From positions 1 through 64,000 of the IMG/VR virus record IMGVR_UViG_3300031231_000003: a DNA stretch of 64,000 nt; one strand, given 5' to 3'. Numbering within the stretch: position 1 is the first letter of the stretch; each line of letters begins with the position of its first letter. The DNA comes from a virus. The position numbers and the translations under genes are program-made. The notes beneath the pieces are model-generated. The model ran no database searches. It had not been told where the DNA came from and saw only the letters and a program-made list of their open reading frames with translations. Shown here piece after piece: positions 8,428 through 18,087 of this stretch.

Positions 8428-9244
8428 ATCCAGTCCCGTCAATCACGATAGCGACATCAACGTCGTCGAGGTCGGTGACATGGTCGATGTCGACACCGAG
8501 TACATGGGAACCTTACCCGTTCGTGTGACCGAGCTCGTCGATGACGTGAATGCCGTCGCTGGTTCCAACGAGGACGATCCTACTGGTGTACCGGGTAACT
8601 TTTCCGGCCCCGGTTTCGTCGGAGAGATCGATCCGGATTCCGGCGAAGGTGGAGAGCTCGTGTTCTCTCTGAACCAGGTCGTTCCGGGAAGCAAGGCCAA
8701 GTACTACTTTCCAAAGCTTGGTACTGAACTCGAGAACGGTCGTACATCCGACTGGGATGAGTACGGACGTGATGTTCCCAATCCGTACCGCAGAATGGCC
8801 CAACGACAGATCACGAAGTCACGCGAACCAAGTAATTCGTACGCATCTGGACTCGATGATGACTTCAATGAGGATGTTCATGGCCGAAAGAATGTGTTAG
8901 AATCTAACATGAACGATGTAACACTAGCTAGTTCACTCAGGGCGGCATTCAGCGACTTTGGAAAAACAAGAATTCAGCCTTATTATCCCGCACCGGGGAA
9001 GGTCGTTGATCTTCGTCTTTCAGAACCGGGATCAGTGAGTAAACACGAGATCATCAACACACTGGAACACGTGTTCGCACAAAACATGAATTTGGATTTG
9101 GAGCGGGAAGAAAGTATCAACGTTGATCGGTTCAACGCTGGCCAGTTTCACGTGATCGTCCAAGCGATGACAAAAGGTGGAAAACGAGCGAAATCAGATA
9201 CGGATACGATTCGTTTCGTAGTATGTTTGATTCCGAAACGCTAA
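8366..9244 (+). CDS. leader-family protein, 292 aa
   Basis: MKITLRQLRNIINEEVKRLSES; internal VLES. Confidence 0.8.
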   Translation: MKITLRQLRNIINEEVKRLSESSPVNHDSDINVVEVGDMVDVDTEYMGTLPVRVTELVDDVNAVAGSNEDDPTGVPGNFSGPGFVGEIDPDSGEGGELVFSLNQVVPGSKAKYYFPKLGTELENGRTSDWDEYGRDVPNPYRRMAQRQITKSREPSNSYASGLDDDFNEDVHGRKNVLESNMNDVTLASSLRAAFSDFGKTRIQPYYPAPGKVVDLRLSEPGSVSKHEIINTLEHVFAQNMNLDLEREESINVDRFNAGQFHVIVQAMTKGGKRAKSDTDTIRFVVCLIPKR

Positions 9245-9331
9245 TGAAACATTCCCCATTAGAACCTTCATCAAGGAGACGATCATGAATCCTGACATTG
9301 AACACGAGATCGTATCAATGATCGAACGTCA

Positions 9332-9517
9332 TTAGCATTGATCCTTCGAGATCCACTGGCAATGACCACCTTCGAAACATACCAAGCACGCTTCGTTCGT
9401 GCATCCCATTGCGACAACGTTAGCCTGAAACTGGCAACCTCCCTGCGTTTCTGGGTAGTTACGACCGCATGCGAACAACGCTAGAATCACAATAATTGAT
9501 TTATTCATTTTCATCAA
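9332..9517 (-). CDS. small Cys-rich putative lipoprotein
   Basis: Hydrophobic signal with LFAC lipobox-like motif. Confidence 0.55.
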   Translation of the reverse strand: MMKMNKSIIVILALFACGRNYPETQGGCQFQANVVAMGCTNEACLVCFEGGHCQWISKDQC

Positions 9518-9830
9518 CCTGATTCGTCATCATTCCAACTGATTCTTGGGCTCGCAGGATCGAGTTGTGAGCTTCAACGACCGCTGCTACGACCCTCTTC
9601 ACGTAGGGTTCGTTCGACACGACCTCGTATCCTGCGACCTCGTTAACGATGTTCGCTTGACGTTCGAGGTTCAGCTTGAGCGTTTCAAGCGTATCAAAGA
9701 TACTTTCGTTGGTTTGGTTCGCTTCGTCCTCGTGTTTAACCAAGCGTTTGTAGAGTACAACGTTAATGTAGATTGAGACGAACAGCAAGGCCGTTACTGC
9801 GATCAGCAAGATTAGAGTTCCCATTTTCAA
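9501..9830 (-). CDS. N-terminally membrane-anchored coiled-coil protein
   Basis: TM helix GTLILLIAVTALLFVSIYINVVLY, then helical region. Confidence 0.65.
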   Translation of the reverse strand: MKMGTLILLIAVTALLFVSIYINVVLYKRLVKHEDEANQTNESIFDTLETLKLNLERQANIVNEVAGYEVVSNEPYVKRVVAAVVEAHNSILRAQESVGMMTNQVDENE

Positions 9831-9842
9831 ATTTTACTCTAT

Positions 9843-10100
9843 TCAATGTCGAGTGATTTCAAGCAGAATCATCTTGATGAACCTACGAAGTGATTCTGAA
9901 AATGTCCCGGCTGTCATGACAAGCAATTCATCTTCTGCGTGAATGTCTACGCCGTACGACCAAAGAACGTGAACGAACGTGAGATCATTCGTTTTATCGA
10001 CAAATATGACAATGCCGATCTCGTTTTCTTTAATAAGAGAATTCTGTGTTAAACTACGTGCTTTTTTCGTTAGCTTGACTGAGTTTCCGTTCAAAATCAT
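9843..10100 (-). CDS. hypothetical protein, paralog of 19624-19866
   Basis: Shared IKENEIG-x-V and VLWSxG motifs. Confidence 0.65.
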   Translation of the reverse strand: MILNGNSVKLTKKARSLTQNSLIKENEIGIVIFVDKTNDLTFVHVLWSYGVDIHAEDELLVMTAGTFSESLRRFIKMILLEITRH

Positions 10101-10375
10101 AATGATTCAATGAACCCCCGCAACCCATCAACGTCAATTTGATTTGGATCAATCAAGCAACTCATTGATTCGTTCAAATACAATGTGAACATTTCAGGTT
10201 TAGTTTCACATGGTTCAAGTTGGAGATCATGCAATTTACAAGTTTGAACAATGTCGATAACTGAATTGCCTCGTGAAGGTTCAAAAGTAAAATACACACA
10301 TTTCGATAGAATCTCAATCAAGGATGTTCGTTGTTCGTTCGTCAGTTCTTGGTTCTTGAATTCATTGATTCTCAT
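10097..10375 (-). CDS. hypothetical protein, paralog of 19863-20150
   Basis: Shared EF...LT...EILS and LIDxNxID...L...IxSL motifs. Confidence 0.65.
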   Translation of the reverse strand: MRINEFKNQELTNEQRTSLIEILSKCVYFTFEPSRGNSVIDIVQTCKLHDLQLEPCETKPEMFTLYLNESMSCLIDPNQIDVDGLRGFIESL

Positions 10376-10376
10376 G

Positions 10377-11540
10377 TTAAAAATTCAGTTCCTTCACGAC
10401 ATTATCGTATTGCACATTGATAGCATCCTGCGAATGCGTTACCCTGAGCTTCTCGCTCAGATCCTTCGCCCATTGACGAGGAATCTCGCTGCCCTTGTAG
10501 AACTTGCGACACTTCGCCTTGAAATCAGTCTCAGATACCTCTGCCCATCTCGCATCCGGCATGAACATGATGTTATCAACGCGTGACTGATGAACCTGTT
10601 GGAGTTGATGGAATAACTGAACGAACTTTCCTTTGCCCAAGAAATCCATGTGACCCGACCAGGGGGTTGCGATGATCGGGAGCCCCGCGACTGCCGCCTC
10701 TAAAAGGGGCAATCCAAATCCCTCGCCTCGTGTAGCTGAGACGAGAGCCTTCATCGTGGGATGCTTGTACAATGCGGTGACTTCATCGTTCGTCAGATCA
10801 CCGTGAACCAAGTGCAATCGCGGGTACGTACCCGAACGTGTCTCCTTGATCAACTTTTGAAGCGTCTCCACCGTGTTGTTCTTATCGACGATGGTATTCC
10901 TGCTCATGTTCGTCTTGATGATGACACCAACATCGGGATCGTTCTTGAACTCCTCGAACAACCACTTCAGGGTGAAGAACACGTTCTTGCGGTCGTTGAA
11001 AGCGTTGGTACCTGTCACCTGACCGAACACGAGAAAGTTGAATCTCGTTGAGAACTCACCGATTGACGGGAGGGAACTCGCATCCTTGAGCATCTCAACT
11101 GGATACGATTCCGGGACGACGAACATCGGACATGTCACTTGCTTCGGATTCAAACTTTGTTTTGCATGTTCGGAAGGAACGATGATCGCATTCATCTTGT
11201 TGCAAGCTTGAGTCCACGTGGGGTTGCACTTATCTGTCTCGATACCTGCCGTGAGTCCGACGTTGAATCGAGAGAGGTTCGCATCCCATTCATTAGGTAA
11301 TATCAATTGGAAAGAAAGATCGAATCCTGAGTCTGTGAATGGTACTGAGTTATCCAAGATCTTTCCGATCAAGCCTTCTTCACGATTTCGGTCGATAATC
11401 CACGGCGTCGAACCCCATTGTACCGGTTGGAACTTAACGTTGAAATCTTCTCGTGTGAGCAACCAACGAACGACCATACGACTGTGTTGTCCGTACCCTG
11501 AACTTGTCAAACAGGGACCTCTAAAAATGACGTTCTTCAT
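10377..11540 (-). CDS. GT-B (GT4-like) glycosyltransferase
   Basis: SGYG N-terminal motif; TRGEGFGLPLLEA (Ex7E). Confidence 0.9.
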   Translation of the reverse strand: MKNVIFRGPCLTSSGYGQHSRMVVRWLLTREDFNVKFQPVQWGSTPWIIDRNREEGLIGKILDNSVPFTDSGFDLSFQLILPNEWDANLSRFNVGLTAGIETDKCNPTWTQACNKMNAIIVPSEHAKQSLNPKQVTCPMFVVPESYPVEMLKDASSLPSIGEFSTRFNFLVFGQVTGTNAFNDRKNVFFTLKWLFEEFKNDPDVGVIIKTNMSRNTIVDKNNTVETLQKLIKETRSGTYPRLHLVHGDLTNDEVTALYKHPTMKALVSATRGEGFGLPLLEAAVAGLPIIATPWSGHMDFLGKGKFVQLFHQLQQVHQSRVDNIMFMPDARWAEVSETDFKAKCRKFYKGSEIPRQWAKDLSEKLRVTHSQDAINVQYDNVVKELNF

Positions 11541-12793
11541 AGTTCCACCACTCGTCGCCCTCGTACAGAATCAGGAGTCCATTCCTTGAACAACTTCTGC
11601 AACGATTCGTCCCAATTCTTGATCATGTTCTCCATCGAGTAGTTCTTCAAAGCGTGGATCCTCGCGTTCTTTCCGATCTCTTCACGCTCAGCCTTCGTCA
11701 TGTTGAACATCTTTGTGAACGCTCGTGCAATTGTTTCATTGGTCACAAAGTCCTCACCGATGTAGGGGACGCCTTGGTTACCAACACATGTCACAAGGTC
11801 GGGTGGCATTGCGACCCCGTACTCGTATCCCGTTTCATGGTCCTTCACCTGACGGATCAAACCACCGGTCATCACAGCAATCACGGGTAGCTCGGTCATC
11901 TTTGCTTCGAGAACGGGTAGACCGAATCCTTCGTTCACGGATGCATTGACCAACACGTCCGCGGAATTGTAAACCCCGTTCATTTGATCGAAATCGATCA
12001 TTTGATTAGAAAACATCACGTTGTCGTGAAGCTTCAGGAAGTCAAGAACGTGAATGAGGTTCGGGCCTTCGGGATCGTGAGGATTGCAATGCATCACGAG
12101 GGTCGCGTTGGTGTGATCGTATTTCGCTTTCAGATCATCGATGAAGATCTTCCATGCGACCATGATGTCGCTTGAACGCTTCCTACGAGCATTGCGACCG
12201 ACGAACAAAGCTACGAAGTGATCCTTTCGTTTGTCACCGAGAACTTTCATGCGCCATGATTTACGTTCAGAATCTGACAACGGACGATAGACGTCCGATG
12301 GAACAGCATGGGGGATGTAGTTCGTCTTTTGGGGAACAAGGTTGGTAGCGAACTCGTATGTCGGCCAGTTGATGCAATTGAAGAGATCGCAGATCTCGTA
12401 GATGGGTTTGTTGAAGTGAGGGGGAAATGACCCCGAGTCATCCCAGAGGTGGTTCCATATGATTGGACAAACCTGATGAATCTCATCATGCATTGCGAAG
12501 ATGTGTTGATAGAACCTGGGATCCGTGAAAAGCATGAGGGCGTCAGGTTTCTCTTGATAGAGAAGTTGACGAATCATTTCTTGGTTACCAAAACCATCGA
12601 TCGGTTTGATTAGAAGATCATCGGAAACTTTCACCAACGAGTAATCTTGATGTTTCATCGCCGAACCTAACTGGCGGAACGTATAACGACCTGTTTGAAC
12701 AAGGCCATGCATGAGAAATCTTGATTGGCAACCTACCCCGCTCGTCGAAAGACAGTGGTCCGAAATCATGACGATCTTTTTCTTTTGATTCAT
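11537..12793 (-). CDS. GT4-like glycosyltransferase
   Basis: SGVG; VGRNARRKR; SVNEGFGLPVLEA. Confidence 0.9.
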   Translation of the reverse strand: MNQKKKIVMISDHCLSTSGVGCQSRFLMHGLVQTGRYTFRQLGSAMKHQDYSLVKVSDDLLIKPIDGFGNQEMIRQLLYQEKPDALMLFTDPRFYQHIFAMHDEIHQVCPIIWNHLWDDSGSFPPHFNKPIYEICDLFNCINWPTYEFATNLVPQKTNYIPHAVPSDVYRPLSDSERKSWRMKVLGDKRKDHFVALFVGRNARRKRSSDIMVAWKIFIDDLKAKYDHTNATLVMHCNPHDPEGPNLIHVLDFLKLHDNVMFSNQMIDFDQMNGVYNSADVLVNASVNEGFGLPVLEAKMTELPVIAVMTGGLIRQVKDHETGYEYGVAMPPDLVTCVGNQGVPYIGEDFVTNETIARAFTKMFNMTKAEREEIGKNARIHALKNYSMENMIKNWDESLQKLFKEWTPDSVRGRRVVEL

Positions 12794-12868
12794 GTGAAAT
12801 TTTTCGTTACGAAACTGCGCAGTCGCTGTTCAATAACAAAATTATACACACTATCTATCGTTCGTATC

Positions 12869-13786
12869 CTACAACACGTTGTCTAATTCGTGAACGTACA
12901 CACCCTCTGAACCTCTTTTCTTTGCGTGAGGAATACTATATCTTTTACTTACGTTAGTGGTTCCAACGATACGATACGTTCGGTTGTTTTCATTGGCCTC
13001 AATCACAATCTGAACGTCCGATTTTAAGTCGTAGCTTGTCATGTAGACGTGTCGATTTCCGGGAACGATAGTTTTGAACCCAATCTTCATTCCGTTTTTA
13101 TGATCAAGATCTGTACCACCGTCACCCACGTTCGCATGTTCATTCAATTTTGATATATTACGTTGACGTTTGTACCATTGATTCATGACTTCAAGATGCG
13201 TCATTGAAGATTGCACGAAAAACGATCCCACGATCTCACCCACCAATCCACGAAGTCGATCGTTAATATCTCCTGTCGGAGGGGGACCGTAAAATTTCGC
13301 ACTTTTAGCCAGTTTCACACAACGTTCATGATCACTTTCGGTGAGTTGCAAGGTACGAACCTTTTCGAGCAATTTCTTAGCGTATTTTTCAACGTTCGGG
13401 TTGATTTTGAATTCCATGTCGTATGTCAATGCATTCGCACAAACAACGTTCGTTGCAACGATGATCGCCCACTCGAAAGTGGGAACCTGACCGCTCGACT
13501 CAAATGCAACATGAAGAAGTCGTTGATGACATTCCTGCACATTGTCTCGTAATAGTTCCACCCCATACGTTGTCGATAAAGCTTGAACGGGTGTTGATGA
13601 TCCATTCTCGATCTTTCTCTTGATCACTTCAACGAGAAAATTACCTGAACCACATCCCGTGACATCTCCAATGACTTTCGTGGGATCCACAAAGGTTTCA
13701 TTTGGAAGTTTGTCAAGCATCTCTCGAACCAACGTGGGCGGTGTGAAGACCTCACCAAATTGATCTTTTCGTTCTTGAGATTTCAA
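12869..13786 (-). CDS. SAM-binding half of an N6-adenine DNA methyltransferase fused to a PD-(D/E)xK-like domain
   Basis: FGEVFTPP (motif X), GCGSGNFL (motif I), YGVEL (II), VCANAL (III), no NPPY; C-terminal GLVGE...DGGTD...IGFKT. Confidence 0.7.
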   Translation of the reverse strand: MKSQERKDQFGEVFTPPTLVREMLDKLPNETFVDPTKVIGDVTGCGSGNFLVEVIKRKIENGSSTPVQALSTTYGVELLRDNVQECHQRLLHVAFESSGQVPTFEWAIIVATNVVCANALTYDMEFKINPNVEKYAKKLLEKVRTLQLTESDHERCVKLAKSAKFYGPPPTGDINDRLRGLVGEIVGSFFVQSSMTHLEVMNQWYKRQRNISKLNEHANVGDGGTDLDHKNGMKIGFKTIVPGNRHVYMTSYDLKSDVQIVIEANENNRTYRIVGTTNVSKRYSIPHAKKRGSEGVYVHELDNVL

Positions 13787-13895
13787 TTCAGCTCAGTTGA
13801 AGATTGTTTTAGTTCAACACAAATTTGATCAAACCCAAGATGTATTTCAACAATCTTCATTTTTCATCCTTTCATATACGTTTTGAATGTAATCT

Positions 13896-15143
13896 CTAAC
13901 AAAAAAAACTTTCTTCAATTGTGAGTCCGAAAACATTTTCAACGTCATCTTCATTTGCTTGATCTTGTAGATCATTCGTTACATCGGGACAAAATCCTTG
14001 TAATGAAGATCCAATGTGAGTAATCGTAAAAATTCGTGAATGATAATAACGAATTAAATTCGATTCCAACAATGCTATATGTCTTGAAGGATGCCTTGAC
14101 GGAACACATAGCAAAGAATCATGAAATGGTTGAGGTTTCACAACGCATTTATGACGCTTGAAAGTATTATACTGCTGGCCTACAAATTCATTGAAAAGAA
14201 TGAACTCAATGTCATTGTGGTTCATGATCGCATCATGTGTTTCTTTATTGGTCGAACATTGACTTTGAATGATTTTAACTTCATCAGAACCTCGATTAAA
14301 TCGAGTAACGTATGATGAGTGTTTGCCATTTTCATCTTCACTCACGCTTCCACGCCAAAATTTAACAGGTTCATGATCTTTCAATTTATCATGAACTTTC
14401 TTCACGATCGATTTTTCGATTTCAGTATCACATCGAAGAATCATTCCTTGAAATGTTTCAACATCATGTTTGACGAATGAATCTTTCTTACATGAAAGAA
14501 CCACACATTCACCCACACCAACCCCTTCAAAGGGTTCATCAAGAAACTGAGTCGATTTAATCGATACATTCGAAAGCAAGTACTCTCGACATTTTGAACC
14601 TTGTTTACCTTTCAAGAATTCACTTGGCGTGATCGTTAACATCGTTCCACCATCGCTCAATGATAACGATGCCTTCTTCAAGAATTGATAGTACGAAGGT
14701 TGTTTTCCAGAATTGTGAACATCCTCGTATCCTACATGTTTTTCAACGCCATTGTAAGGTGGGTTACCTATGATCACATCAAACTTCATCTCAGTTGTTT
14801 CTTGCAAGTATTTTTCACAACGAATATTTCGAACATTCACATCAAGTGATTTAGAGAACTCAGATTGTTCAATTGTATAACACGTGAACAACACGTTTTC
14901 AATCTTAATCGCCGTTCCATCATCTCGTTTTCCGTACTTGAGCAAAGCGACAAGTAAACCAATATCGAATACAACGTTGATCAACAAAGATTCGAGATTG
15001 ATATTTGATGAATTTTTAATGAATCGCTGGATCAACTCTTTACCAAAAGTATCAAAAGGCACAGACGGTCGTTTTAGTGGATCAGAAGCAATTGCACGAG
15101 CAATTTGCTTGTGAAGTTCTTCATTGTCACTTTTTTCTGACAT
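13896..15143 (-). CDS. catalytic (NPPY) part of an N6-adenine DNA methyltransferase, Eco57I-like
   Basis: KFDVIIGNPPY, YYQFL...LSDGGTMLTITP; no clear motif I upstream. Confidence 0.75.
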   Translation of the reverse strand: MSEKSDNEELHKQIARAIASDPLKRPSVPFDTFGKELIQRFIKNSSNINLESLLINVVFDIGLLVALLKYGKRDDGTAIKIENVLFTCYTIEQSEFSKSLDVNVRNIRCEKYLQETTEMKFDVIIGNPPYNGVEKHVGYEDVHNSGKQPSYYQFLKKASLSLSDGGTMLTITPSEFLKGKQGSKCREYLLSNVSIKSTQFLDEPFEGVGVGECVVLSCKKDSFVKHDVETFQGMILRCDTEIEKSIVKKVHDKLKDHEPVKFWRGSVSEDENGKHSSYVTRFNRGSDEVKIIQSQCSTNKETHDAIMNHNDIEFILFNEFVGQQYNTFKRHKCVVKPQPFHDSLLCVPSRHPSRHIALLESNLIRYYHSRIFTITHIGSSLQGFCPDVTNDLQDQANEDDVENVFGLTIEESFFC

Positions 15144-15163
15144 GATTTTATTCTAACACGAAA

Positions 15164-17293
15164 TCATGACCCAAACACAAGTTGCTTCAAAGATTTTTTA
15201 CGAGATTTTTCGAGTTCAACTTCGTGTTCTTCTTCCTTTTCAAGTTCATCTTGAATCTCGATACAAAGCTTCTTCGCGTAATCGTTCAATACCTTTTCGT
15301 TGATATCGAACTCATCAGCGATCTTCGTAACCCACCCAAATTCCTCGACTTCTTTACCGTGACGTTCTTCGTTCACCTCCATGAAGTGATAGTCGTTCTC
15401 ACCGAGACCAGCAAACTGAAGCTTCTTGATGAATTCTTTCAACCAGGTATTGAAATCTTCAATCTTTTCATCGTGCATGATGACGTAAACCGTCGCAGAG
15501 TACTTTTTCCAACCTTTTGGATCATCAAGTGAAATCTTTCCAAGACGAAGGTTCTCAGTATCTTCGGGTTCAGCACGAACGATTCTACCGATTCCTTGTT
15601 GGGTTCCAGTCTCCTCAAGTTCACGAGAGAAGATCAGAGAACTGAATGCAGTGATATCAGTTCCTTCTTTGACAATCGAATGTTGTGCTAAAACGGAATC
15701 ATTTGATGTTTTAATTGATTCAAAGATCTTCTTTCGATCGATGCCTTTCGTTCCAGCATGGACGGCTTGCAACAATGTATTACCAGTGATCGAATTTCTC
15801 ATTGCTTTGGAAGTTGCAATTTCCTTGTTAATTTCGGTACTTTTTCCGAACGTCAAGATGTTCGATCTTCCAACGGAAAAGATCTGATCCTTGCGAGCCA
15901 CGAGTATCGCCGCGCCCTCCATATGAGCAACCTTCGCATCGAAATTTCGTTTCTTCGCGTTCTCGATCAATTCTCGTGGGATCGCTTGCATCTTCTCCGC
16001 GGTGAGTCGAAGCGGTTTGATGATGATATTGGGAACGAGAATTCCCTTTTGACGAAGCTCAGAATACGTTACATTTGCGAAGCACTCACCGTAAACATCG
16101 GCATCGGTAAATGAATTCAAAATTCTGCCGCGTTTCTCGCTGGCCGAGAAAAAGAGATTACGTGTTGCAGGAATTGCGAGAAGATATTTTCTGTATTCAT
16201 AACTCTGCTTTACGGTATGATGAAATTCATCCCAAATAACTGTATCAATGACAAAATCATTTCGTCGAAGAATTTCAAAAAATTTTCTCTCCGATTTATA
16301 CGTGAGAAAGATTTGAATTTTCTTATCATGATATTTCTTGAAAAGATCGAGCAGTTCTTCTTCATTCGTCGTTTGTTCGTAATCAATCTGAGTATTATCA
16401 CGTGGATCATCTCCCGTACGAAATCCCAGAGGTTGAACTCCGTCATTGAACATTCCATAATTGTGAAATGTCGTATGATGCTGGATCAACAGATTGATCG
16501 TGGGTGCAACGATGACCTGAATTTTAAGATCATGCTTAAAAAAGCCATCATGAAGAAGTTGGTACTCAACTCGAGTCTTGCCACCGCCGGTCGCACAAAT
16601 GAATTTTCCTCGATTGAATTCCAGCTTCATGATTCTTGATCCCGCATCATGCATTCTAACTTGATGTTCACGCATTTCGGGGATCGAGAACTTTTGAACT
16701 TTCAAAGAACTCTTCAATGATTTCGCGAATTCAGACCAAAAATCTAAATGTCTCTTCTCAAAGAATTCCTGGGCTTCGCGACCAATAACTTGAAATACGC
16801 TTTGAAGAGTTTTCCCATCAAAATCATCGAAAATTCCATTCGAGAATTTTGAAACTTGATGGGAAAGATTCGTAAAAACTACCCTTCGATTCTGATTTTC
16901 GATTGGAATGCCCAAAACGTAACAAACACTCATCAATGATTGAAGCGAACTAAAATTGAACTTGTACGTTGGATCACTGCGATACTTCGATTGAATCACA
17001 CCACGTTCATTATTATGAGTGTAAAAGAAAAAATCGAGACCCCGTTCGAACTTGTTTTGGCTCGTATCGGTAATGTTTCCGACACCTAACGTTGTTTCTT
17101 TACCAAATCGAGCAAAAAAGTACTCGGTGTAAACTTCGAACGATTCGCCAACACGATCATTGTACAATTCATCATCGAACAATTTACCGTATGCAACAAC
17201 GGCCGCTTCGAAATCAACGTAACATCGAAGATTGTCGAACAACCCCGATTTTGCCACATTGTTCGTTGCGAGATGTTTCAACTTGATCGTCAT
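15164..17293 (-). CDS. Mrr-like nuclease-SF2 helicase (restriction subunit-like)
   Basis: N-terminal FE...GLD...IQSKY; helicase motifs ATGGGKT, APT, DEFHH, SAS, EGTD, QGIGRIVR. Confidence 0.8.
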   Translation of the reverse strand: MTIKLKHLATNNVAKSGLFDNLRCYVDFEAAVVAYGKLFDDELYNDRVGESFEVYTEYFFARFGKETTLGVGNITDTSQNKFERGLDFFFYTHNNERGVIQSKYRSDPTYKFNFSSLQSLMSVCYVLGIPIENQNRRVVFTNLSHQVSKFSNGIFDDFDGKTLQSVFQVIGREAQEFFEKRHLDFWSEFAKSLKSSLKVQKFSIPEMREHQVRMHDAGSRIMKLEFNRGKFICATGGGKTRVEYQLLHDGFFKHDLKIQVIVAPTINLLIQHHTTFHNYGMFNDGVQPLGFRTGDDPRDNTQIDYEQTTNEEELLDLFKKYHDKKIQIFLTYKSERKFFEILRRNDFVIDTVIWDEFHHTVKQSYEYRKYLLAIPATRNLFFSASEKRGRILNSFTDADVYGECFANVTYSELRQKGILVPNIIIKPLRLTAEKMQAIPRELIENAKKRNFDAKVAHMEGAAILVARKDQIFSVGRSNILTFGKSTEINKEIATSKAMRNSITGNTLLQAVHAGTKGIDRKKIFESIKTSNDSVLAQHSIVKEGTDITAFSSLIFSRELEETGTQQGIGRIVRAEPEDTENLRLGKISLDDPKGWKKYSATVYVIMHDEKIEDFNTWLKEFIKKLQFAGLGENDYHFMEVNEERHGKEVEEFGWVTKIADEFDINEKVLNDYAKKLCIEIQDELEKEEEHEVELEKSRKKSLKQLVFGS

Positions 17294-17428
17294 GAACTTA
17301 GTTTATCATTATTCGTGAAAAGAAACACTCAAAAGATCGACGATATGATCCTTGCGTGCACAAAGCGTGTGGACCAACGCGACATTGTACTTCCTTCTCA
17401 TCGTATGTTATCGTTCACTCGTTCACTC

Positions 17429-17773
17429 ATGGCACAAGTTTCCAAACGAACACAACGCCGACACGACCTCGCGAACGCATTGAAGATCGTGGTCGAGGAA
17501 CTCGTCAAGTGCGACTACGATGATGCGGCGGGACACATTGTCACAGCGCTTGCAATGTCGGAGAGATTGAACAAACGTGATGAGAAGTTCCTGTTGAACC
17601 TGATTGAGGACGGTGAAGTGAGAGAATCTTACGTGCCACGAAGCCTATCAATTCCGATCAAAAATGAATTTGAAAAGAAGCTTCGAAATAAGAATCCTTA
17701 TCCCAAAGGGCACGAACTTCATCACGTGAACTGCGATGACGACTTCTGCGATGCTTGTATCTCTAACGATTGA
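17429..17773 (+). CDS. hypothetical protein (start uncertain)
   Basis: Part of ORF 17273-17773; C-terminal CDDDFCDAC. Confidence 0.5.
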   Translation: MAQVSKRTQRRHDLANALKIVVEELVKCDYDDAAGHIVTALAMSERLNKRDEKFLLNLIEDGEVRESYVPRSLSIPIKNEFEKKLRNKNPYPKGHELHHVNCDDDFCDACISND

Positions 17774-17784
17774 CGAGACAATAA

Positions 17785-18087
17785 TCATGCAACGATGCTG
17801 TAGTTCACTGGAACACACATATCGATATCGACTTCGCCGCGAGCACCAGCATTTCTAAACAAGCTTTTTCCCAACGAATCAACCGTTAACCACGTGATCC
17901 TCACGAGATCGTATTCAACACGTGACATTCGCGTGATGGGAGTTACACCATTGACCAGTTGCGGCAACGCTTCAAGTACACCTTTCGACCTTATGACGGA
18001 TACGGCTAACCATAATTGCTGTGATCTTTCATCGAACATCATACTGCCAGGATTGAGATCTCTGAACGTTTTCATAAAAATTTCCAA
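17785..18087 (-). CDS. small hypothetical protein (TFRDLNPG family)
   Basis: N-terminus similar to 37946-38179. Confidence 0.55.
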   Translation of the reverse strand: MEIFMKTFRDLNPGSMMFDERSQQLWLAVSVIRSKGVLEALPQLVNGVTPITRMSRVEYDLVRITWLTVDSLGKSLFRNAGARGEVDIDMCVPVNYSIVA

